A DNA stretch of 43,577 bases, from positions 1 to 43,577 of IMG/VR virus record IMGVR_UViG_3300048060_000004; one strand, given 5' to 3'. This DNA comes from a virus. Lineage: Duplodnaviria; Caudoviricetes. Within the stretch, counting starts at the first letter, position 1, and each line of letters begins with the position of its first letter. Below are positions 37,499 through 43,577 of this stretch, piece by piece. The notes beneath the pieces are model-generated. The model was not told the DNA's origin. It was given only the letters and a program-made list of their open reading frames with translations, and ran no database searches. Both the position numbers and the translations under genes were made by a program.

Positions 37499-37747
37499 TT
37501 AGGATTCTTCATGTTGTGCAGTTCCTACTAATGGTCTGTTCGCGAGAAGAATTTGGTCGATGGCTTCATCGAGATCAACGGGACTCAGAGAATGGACATC
37601 AACACACCATTCAAGATGCGCCCATGTCATCCCGTCTGTGCCTTCTGAGTAGTCAATCTTTTCCTTGATCGCTCGGTATCGCATCGCATCGCGAACAAGG
37701 CGCTGCACATCAATCGCCTTCGCGTCGGAGTTTTCTGGTCTTTTCAT
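37499..37747 (-). CDS. Cassette hypothetical protein
   Basis: RDA.RYR...DLDEAID phage-type motif; start inside attC. Confidence 0.7.
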   Translation of the reverse strand: MKRPENSDAKAIDVQRLVRDAMRYRAIKEKIDYSEGTDGMTWAHLEWCVDVHSLSPVDLDEAIDQILLANRPLVGTAQHEES

Positions 37748-37750
37748 AGT

Positions 37751-38236
37751 CTATTTTCGCTCAGTCGATGAGTGAGCTTTGGCGTTCGCAGACAGAAAAT
37801 GAAGTTGTGATTCTTTTGCGTAGATCGCGCCACTTCCGTAGGATTCACCATCCTTGAAAGAGCCGTATCCATCAGCCACAAGCTTCCATCTTTTTCGCCT
37901 CTCATTGCTTAGCGTTGCTTCAAATGCTAGGTCGACATCCTCCCCGCTTTGAGGCCATCCGCGATTGGCGAAGTCTTGCCAGATCACACACCCTCTGCGG
38001 ATGCGAACCAAGCGTGGTGAGCAAACCATTTGGCCGCTCGATTTTCTGATAGCATTGTTATCCATATATCGGCGGATTTGCGTCTCTTCGGTGACTACCT
38101 TGATGATTCGAACTTCTTCAACGCTTGGCGCTAGGGTTTCGGCTATCTTGTGTGCGTCCTTCTCGTCTATTGCCTCGCAGCACTTGACGAAACAAGACTC
38201 TGGATATTTTGCTACTTCTACTCGGTATCTAGTCAT
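37751..38236 (-). CDS. Fusion of two cassette ORFs read through an attC
   Basis: Internal DNNAIRK...PRLVR segment is the 38002-38063 site. Confidence 0.65.
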   Translation of the reverse strand: MTRYRVEVAKYPESCFVKCCEAIDEKDAHKIAETLAPSVEEVRIIKVVTEETQIRRYMDNNAIRKSSGQMVCSPRLVRIRRGCVIWQDFANRGWPQSGEDVDLAFEATLSNERRKRWKLVADGYGSFKDGESYGSGAIYAKESQLHFLSANAKAHSSTERK

Positions 38237-38304
38237 TTTTTTACATTGGTTTAGGTTTCGACTGGCGCTAACCAGTCATACATGGCAACGGCTACGCCGC
38301 GCCA

Positions 38305-38514
38305 TTATTCGTTGTTGGCAGAGTGAAGTTTTATACGCTTCACCATCTCCTCAGTTTCAATGCGTATCGTTTCGCGCTTCATGTCTGAGATTTCCTGATA
38401 AGCTTTGATCTCCATGCGGGTTGTTATCCACTTCGAAAGAATCGAAGTGCCGCCAGCTAGAAGAATCAGTGAGCATATCGTGACTGCAATTATGGTTCCG
38501 TCTGTCATTTTCAT
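38305..38514 (-). CDS. Single-TM cassette protein
   Basis: Flanked by two 55-bp attC-like sites. Confidence 0.7.
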   Translation of the reverse strand: MKMTDGTIIAVTICSLILLAGGTSILSKWITTRMEIKAYQEISDMKRETIRIETEEMVKRIKLHSANNE

Positions 38515-38572
38515 ATTTGGGTTTGAGTTAAATTGCCAACCAAGCGTATATCACAACGCCTTTGGCGCGTGA

Positions 38573-38908
38573 TTACTTGGTGTTCTGAAACAATTTTCGC
38601 CAAGACTCGACCGTCTCCATAATTTCCTGATCGTCAGGCCATTCTTCGATAGGCGCAGTTGGGGCGGTCTCAAGCATCCGAGCCATCATGTCTCCAATCA
38701 CTCGGAGCGTTTTACAGTGTCCCACTAGCTCATTTTGCATTAGTCGGCCATGCGGATCACCCACAGCCTCCCGAATGTCCGCCAGTAAACCTAAAAGGGA
38801 ATACTCAGAACCAGCCGAAGCTGAGCAACGACTATTCGCCGCTTGCGATTCTTTACGTCCATCGTATTTGCCTAGCATGTAGGCCGTTGTTAGGTCTTCT
38901 GTGTCCAT
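38573..38908 (-). CDS. Cassette hypothetical protein
   Basis: Start inside attC 38805-38934. Confidence 0.7.
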   Translation of the reverse strand: MDTEDLTTAYMLGKYDGRKESQAANSRCSASAGSEYSLLGLLADIREAVGDPHGRLMQNELVGHCKTLRVIGDMMARMLETAPTAPIEEWPDDQEIMETVESWRKLFQNTK

Positions 38909-38921
38909 AGTCGTGTCGGTT

Positions 38922-39140
38922 CTAATTGTTCTCGAAGTATTCAGCGTAAGCCATCTTTACAGCCTCTTTCCCCACTTCGGCCATCCAGTCCATGTCTCCC
39001 ATATCTGACTTTTTGTCGATTAGTTTCCATGCAGCATAGGCATATATTCGACCGTCACTCAAAGATTCGAGAACCAGACGGGACATATCAACCTCACTCT
39101 CGCTCGGTTGCTTGATAGATTCAGGGTTATTTTCGCTCAT
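38922..39140 (-). CDS. Cassette hypothetical protein
   Basis: MSENNP...SRLVL leader; GTTCTCGAA/TTCGAGAAC ends. Confidence 0.65.
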   Translation of the reverse strand: MSENNPESIKQPSESEVDMSRLVLESLSDGRIYAYAAWKLIDKKSDMGDMDWMAEVGKEAVKMAYAEYFENN

Positions 39141-39571
39141 TGGTATCCTTAATTTTTCAGTGTTATTTTCGTTTTGGAATAATTCGAGTTGTTCGGAATG
39201 TCCTAATAGCTGGATGTGGGTCTTCTGTGTCCATTGAAATTGGCGGCATAAAGAGAAATTCAATCTCAAGCTGGGCTATCATCCAGCGTCAGCAGACTAT
39301 GCCAGTTTATTTAATAGGTAAATGCGTTGCCTTGGCTGTCAATGCTTAATCTCTTGCCCTCCTTGCTTAGTGTCAGGCCGCAGATTTCCCACTCCTCAAT
39401 CTCGCAGAGGTAGTAAGCCGCCTTAAGCTGGGCTTCGTTTAAGTAAGGGCGTTCCTTTTTAAATTCTTCGATGGTTTTCATTTGTTCTTCTCCATGAATT
39501 GACCGAGCTTAATCAGGTCGGCAGGTGAAAGGTCGTTTTCCTCTTGTGGTGTCATGTGGTGTTCGTCGTGG

Positions 39572-39955
39572 CTAAATAGTCCCATTGTTTGCCTTTCTGA
39601 TGATTGCCTCCATTTCTATGTTTGCGCTCTGCTTGGTGGCGTGGACATACTCGCCAATCTCTTCCCCTGTCTCGTGTTCTGTGACAACGTAGGAATCCAT
39701 GCAGAGCGGTTGCTGAATGAATTTGAGCTTATAACCAACGCCTCGGCGGGTGTAAGAAACGCCATCTGGTGCTGGTCTTGAGCCTTCCACGAATACAGGG
39801 TCTAGCCATCGACCATACATTTCAGAGGGTTTGCTGTGGTCTATCTCGGCAGGATCTTCTATGATCTTAATGCAGTGACCGTCCGACATTATGACATGAT
39901 ACCATTTGCCGCTGACTTTAACCTGCTGTCCCGTTGTATATGTTTGTATTTTCAT
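39572..39955 (-). CDS. Early hypothetical protein
   Basis: ORF co-oriented with arm. Confidence 0.65.
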   Translation of the reverse strand: MKIQTYTTGQQVKVSGKWYHVIMSDGHCIKIIEDPAEIDHSKPSEMYGRWLDPVFVEGSRPAPDGVSYTRRGVGYKLKFIQQPLCMDSYVVTEHETGEEIGEYVHATKQSANIEMEAIIRKANNGTI

Positions 39956-40088
39956 GGTTTAATTGCGCGAGGATGCGCTATACGTGGTTTTTATTGTGTG
40001 TAAGTGGTAAGTGTCCCCTTCTACCACTGAAGCCCGCCAGTGCCGTTTTAAGGGCATCTGACAGGCTGGGGTTTTGTGGTGGTTGGCG

Positions 40089-40889
40089 CTAGAAGTTTCT
40101 AGAAATTGCTACTTTGGTGATTTCTGGGCAGGTATACTCAATAATGCCCCGAGTTTCCGCCGTAGGATTCTCAACTTTCTTGAATCTGCGCTTATTGTCT
40201 GGGTCGATGAGCGCCCGATATGTCTCAATAAAGCTGATCATTCGTTCCATCGGAGAGTGTGAGAGCAACTGACCACAGGCGACCTTCCGATACAGGGCAT
40301 TGAGTCGAGGCGTAAGCCGATCAAACTCACCGTTGGCAAACTCTTGAAACAAGGATTCTCCTGTCTTATGGTGGTGTAGAATGAATGCAGCATTTATGCA
40401 CTGCTTAGTGAGCCCGCGCTTGTTGCACCGCACTTTGCAAGCCTCCAGACTTTCAGAGACAACATTTACCATGTCCTCAGCGTCTCCAACTTGAATTCGC
40501 CCAGTTGATCTCCCGCGGAAGACGCGAAAAACGAAATTCGCAAAAAGAATTTCCCCCTTATTGAGTGCGGAGCGGTCTGCCATCGTGCGAGATACGCCAG
40601 AATCCAAAACCGCAAACGCTTCTGGGCTAACTCCAGTGGCAAGCATTGCCTCCATTGGCTTCTGTGTGTTTACAATGGCCTGAAGGCGATGCTGTCCGTC
40701 AATTAGTCGCTCTGGTCGAGTCTTGTTTCCCTGAACTGCAATTCCTTGGTGCGTCAGTTTGACCTCATCGTTCAGAATTGCCCGCTCCCAGTAAATTACG
40801 TTCTGACGACGCATTGAACGGTTGCCAACGTTATACTTTAGGAGCTTCTCTGCCATTTTTGGCGTGATGGTTGTTTTTTCGATTTTCAT
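40089..40889 (-). CDS. ParB/Srx-like N-terminal domain protein
   Basis: ITP..A..LL..N..NR, LIDGQHRL.AI, D.G..R motifs. Confidence 0.75.
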   Translation of the reverse strand: MKIEKTTITPKMAEKLLKYNVGNRSMRRQNVIYWERAILNDEVKLTHQGIAVQGNKTRPERLIDGQHRLQAIVNTQKPMEAMLATGVSPEAFAVLDSGVSRTMADRSALNKGEILFANFVFRVFRGRSTGRIQVGDAEDMVNVVSESLEACKVRCNKRGLTKQCINAAFILHHHKTGESLFQEFANGEFDRLTPRLNALYRKVACGQLLSHSPMERMISFIETYRALIDPDNKRRFKKVENPTAETRGIIEYTCPEITKVAISRNF

Positions 40890-40934
40890 TGTGTTTTTTT
40901 GTGTTTAGTTTTATCGTTTCAGGATCGTTTCGTG

Positions 40935-40961
40935 AAAGCCGCCCCGCCGAAGCGAGACGGC
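40935..40961 (-). terminator. GC-rich UUCG hairpin, weak terminator or processing site
   Basis: GCCGTCTCGC-TTCG-GCGGGGCGGC-TTT on minus strand. Confidence 0.55.
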
Positions 40962-40978
40962 ACACACTATGAAAAGGG

Positions 40979-41251
40979 TTAAAGGCAGTTATACACGGCT
41001 CGGCGCGTCTCTTCTCCGTGCCTATGCTCAATGAGATCATAAAGGGCGCTTGAGAGCTTGTGCCTCAGCTCTACAAGTGGTGAGTCAAGGTATCCGATCA
41101 CACTGTGTAGCGTGTTTATAGCCTCAAATCCTTTTGCAAGGTGCTTAATGTTAAAGAAGTTTGCTGCCTTCTCTAGCGCTTCCCCGTGGCAATTGGTTTC
41201 TGTGAGTTCTCGAAGGTCTGCAAGTAGGAATTCTAATTCTGCTGCGCTCAT
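40979..41251 (-). CDS. Early hypothetical protein
   Basis: AAGGA leader. Confidence 0.65.
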   Translation of the reverse strand: MSAAELEFLLADLRELTETNCHGEALEKAANFFNIKHLAKGFEAINTLHSVIGYLDSPLVELRHKLSSALYDLIEHRHGEETRRAVYNCL

Positions 41252-41287
41252 TGTCTTTGGTTCCTTTCTATAGTGTTGCGCGATTGG

Positions 41288-41644
41288 CTAGGCTGTCTTC
41301 TTTGGCAAGCGAAAGCCGATTTTATTAAGCTCCTTTTTCCATGAGCCACGATAGGGTTTGCCATCTTCAAAGCGGCAAGGATTCAGCCCGTTCGCTGTCT
41401 CTTCCGGCAAGCTGCTAGTGCGAGCCGATCCCGTGCATTGCTCATAGGTGCGGATTCCTGCCTTTTCCCAGTCGCCAAAGGCATCATATAGGATATGCTC
41501 AACGTTTCCAAGGCTTGGAGCGTGGACAGTGAAGGATTTACCCGTTTTTGCGTTCTCCACTTCTACAGCGTGATATACGTTCCCATAGGTGCAACGCTTT
41601 GTGTATGTGTGAGTAAGGATGACTTTTGTTTTGCGTGTTTTCAT
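41288..41644 (-). CDS. Early hypothetical protein
   Basis: ORF with AC-rich leader. Confidence 0.65.
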   Translation of the reverse strand: MKTRKTKVILTHTYTKRCTYGNVYHAVEVENAKTGKSFTVHAPSLGNVEHILYDAFGDWEKAGIRTYEQCTGSARTSSLPEETANGLNPCRFEDGKPYRGSWKKELNKIGFRLPKKTA

Positions 41645-41666
41645 AGTGTTTTCTTTCTGTGTGTGT

Positions 41667-41945
41667 TTAGTTCAGGCCGATAAGATGGCCGATAAGTGCT
41701 AAGATGCATAAGCCGCCGCCGATTACAAGGGCTAAAATCAGATTTTTTGTGCTTTCCTCGTGTTCAGGTGCAATGATAGGCTGAAAAGCCTCAGAATCCC
41801 CTAGAAGCTCGCTTTGCTGTGCCTGCGTGTCTTCCTCTACGGGAACGAACGTAAGCCCCTGAGCAAAGTCCTGGGCTTGCTCCATGCCTTGAACACAGCA
41901 AGTGCCGATGCGCTCGCCTGATTGGTCGTAAATGTTGTATTTCAT
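41667..41945 (-). CDS. Early protein with C-terminal TM helix
   Basis: LILALVIGGGLCILALIG. Confidence 0.65.
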   Translation of the reverse strand: MKYNIYDQSGERIGTCCVQGMEQAQDFAQGLTFVPVEEDTQAQQSELLGDSEAFQPIIAPEHEESTKNLILALVIGGGLCILALIGHLIGLN

Positions 41946-41974
41946 GTTATCTAAATGCTGATTGCAAGTTTTTA

Positions 41975-42184
41975 TTAATTTGTATTATTTAGGCTGAGAT
42001 ACTCCTTAACCTCAATTGATCCGTCAGAGTATACCTCAAAGAGGATTCTAAAGCCTTCGGACGTTGCCCACTGGCTAGATACTAGCTTTATTTTTCCCGT
42101 TGCTTTTGCAAGGTTTCTTGCTTGCTCCGCTTCGCCGGGAGAGTAAAATCGGTTAAAGATCGTCTCTAATTCGTGTGGCTTCAT
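41975..42184 (-). CDS. Early hypothetical protein
   Basis: Tightly packed ORF. Confidence 0.6.
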   Translation of the reverse strand: MKPHELETIFNRFYSPGEAEQARNLAKATGKIKLVSSQWATSEGFRILFEVYSDGSIEVKEYLSLNNTN

Positions 42185-42374
42185 TTTCTTTATATTGTGC
42201 GGAAAGACAGCAAAGCGCCTCTTGGATGATGTTTATTTTTACGCCATCTAGGGGAATACTCATTTCGCCGCACGGATTCGCTTCGCTTAGTCCATACCAT
42301 TGAGAGTCAAGATAGCTGTATAGCTCATCAATTTGAGTGCTGAATTGTTGCGGTTTGTATTTATTGTCGGTCAT
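42153..42374 (-). CDS. Early hypothetical protein
   Basis: ATGA coupling. Confidence 0.6.
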   Translation of the reverse strand: MTDNKYKPQQFSTQIDELYSYLDSQWYGLSEANPCGEMSIPLDGVKINIIQEALCCLSAQYKENEATRIRDDL

Positions 42375-42586
42375 TGCTTAGTGTGGTCTTTTGGTTTTAT
42401 TGCGTCTATTATTTTCGATCTTGAGACACTCCACCGCGCCACTACAGTTCCGCCACCCCAAGGCTTTGGCCCTGCAATTCGCACGTCATTCAGGCACAAG
42501 CATTTCCCAGCCACCCCTGATATTATCTCAAATACACATATTGTGTCGGCGCTAGTCGTAAGATTGTCGTTTTTAGTATCTGTCAT
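42371..42586 (-). CDS. Early hypothetical protein
   Basis: RIAGPKPWGGG motif; tightly packed. Confidence 0.65.
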   Translation of the reverse strand: MTDTKNDNLTTSADTICVFEIISGVAGKCLCLNDVRIAGPKPWGGGTVVARWSVSRSKIIDAIKPKDHTKQ

Positions 42587-42587
42587 T

Positions 42588-42812
42588 TTATGCGTTGTTG
42601 AGTGAGATTTTGCGCCCGTCTAGCTTGGCGTTAATTGCGTTTAACACGTCGGAAATGAAGGTGAAATCAGATTCGCTAAGTCTGGCAAAGTCTAGCTTCA
42701 TTTCGTCCATGATTTCAGCCGCTGCCCATTTCAGGCAAATGGCGTCTTTATCGTTTACTTCCTCGCTGCCATCGGTAACTCGAAAGTGTGCTGCTTTGGG
42801 TGTATCTTTCAT
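42588..42812 (-). CDS. Early hypothetical protein
   Basis: AC-rich leader. Confidence 0.6.
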   Translation of the reverse strand: MKDTPKAAHFRVTDGSEEVNDKDAICLKWAAAEIMDEMKLDFARLSESDFTFISDVLNAINAKLDGRKISLNNA

Positions 42813-42938
42813 GTTATTTGTGTTTAGTGTTCACCCCTGAAGCCTGCTCACTCCGTAGAATAAGCAGGCTGTGCCACACGCTAGGCGCATGAGGTGTTCC
42901 TTGGTCTGGGGTTAATCGTTTCTAAATGCTCCACATCT

Positions 42939-43169
42939 TCAGTCATCTAAGCATTCAAAGCGTGCAATCTCTTCCATGATCATGCAATCAAGCTTTGATA
43001 GGTGACGCTCACTGATTGTGCCGTTGTTATAATGGCGAGTAATTTTCTTTTCGAGCGCATAAAGCTCAGAAAGGTCAGCTTCCCTTACTTTATATACAAG
43101 CGCTCTGCATGTCTCTTCCTGAATTTCTTTTGGGCATACGCGGATTATTTGTGCTGTCGATGTTTTCAT
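42939..43169 (-). CDS. Early hypothetical protein
   Basis: First ORF downstream of repeat copy B. Confidence 0.65.
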   Translation of the reverse strand: MKTSTAQIIRVCPKEIQEETCRALVYKVREADLSELYALEKKITRHYNNGTISERHLSKLDCMIMEEIARFECLDD

Positions 43170-43197
43170 AATGTGCTTTGTGTTATTGGCCTTAATT

Positions 43198-43462
43198 GGC
43201 AACTGTCTAAGATCATTCACATATTAAGCATGACTTCAACACTTATTTTCAACTTTCTGCATCTTTTCTCACCAGACAACCTGTCCGCACTTCCCAATAT
43301 CTGAGCACACATTGACAGCTAAATACCCTTATTGAGACTGACACAACTAAATACAGTGCAAACTACCCCAAACCCCTGCATTTAGTGCCACCTATTCTCA
43401 GCTCATTGAAACTCACTAGACCAATCCCCGGGAATATCGTGAAATAAGCACGTTTCAGAGCC
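43198..43462. repeat. 265-bp imperfect direct repeat, copy B
   Basis: Gap-free alignment to 186-450. Confidence 0.95.
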
Positions 43463-43483
43463 TTAACCTAGGAGGCTAGACAT

Positions 43484-43507
43484 AAAAAAGCCCGCCGAAG
43501 CGGGCTT
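43484..43507 (-). terminator. Rho-independent terminator
   Basis: AAGCCCGC-TTCG-GCGGGCTTTTTT directly after the junction-spanning ORF. Confidence 0.9.
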
Positions 43508-43577
43508 AGAGGGTTATTGCCATCCAGTGCACCACGCCTGCTATGCGCAAACAAATGTACTTCCTCTCGCATCCCAT
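43506..43577 (-). CDS. C-terminal part of junction-spanning ORF (joins 147..1)
   Basis: 23 codons plus TAA, in frame with 147..1. Confidence 0.7.
   Translation of the reverse strand: MGCERKYICLRIAGVVHWMAITL

Larger units (their letters stand above)
37115..39168 (+). mobile_element. attC-like cassette array B (7 sites, no integrase)
   Basis: Sites 37248-37374, 37690-37790, 38002-38063 (degenerate), 38266-38320, 38534-38588, 38805-38934, 39068-39168 (degenerate); self-complementary cassette ends. Confidence 0.8.

Overview
The window looks like a complete, circularly permuted 43.6 kb tailed-phage genome of podovirus-like architecture; a 72-aa ORF reads in frame across the end/start junction. 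The + strand arm (about 2-27.5 kb) carries 4 tRNAs, terminase, portal, scaffold, DUF5309-type capsid, tail, lysis-type and ejection proteins. The - strand arm (about 27.7-43.5 kb) carries a primase-helicase, a replication initiator, SSB, a Rad52/Sak-like annealing protein, an endonuclease VII-like resolvase and many small early genes. I see no integrase, DNA polymerase, RNA polymerase or recognisable endolysin. Two features stand out. (1) The large terminase has an intein in its Walker A motif whose HNH endonuclease is not in the intein reading frame: it is a separate gene on the opposite strand with its own sigma70-like promoter, and both strands stay open. (2) Two arrays of integron-like attC cassettes occur with no integrase. 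Their genes run opposite to the classical orientation, often start inside their own attC, and keep a fixed reading frame across the crossover triplet. All family assignments are from motif recognition by eye, not database searches.
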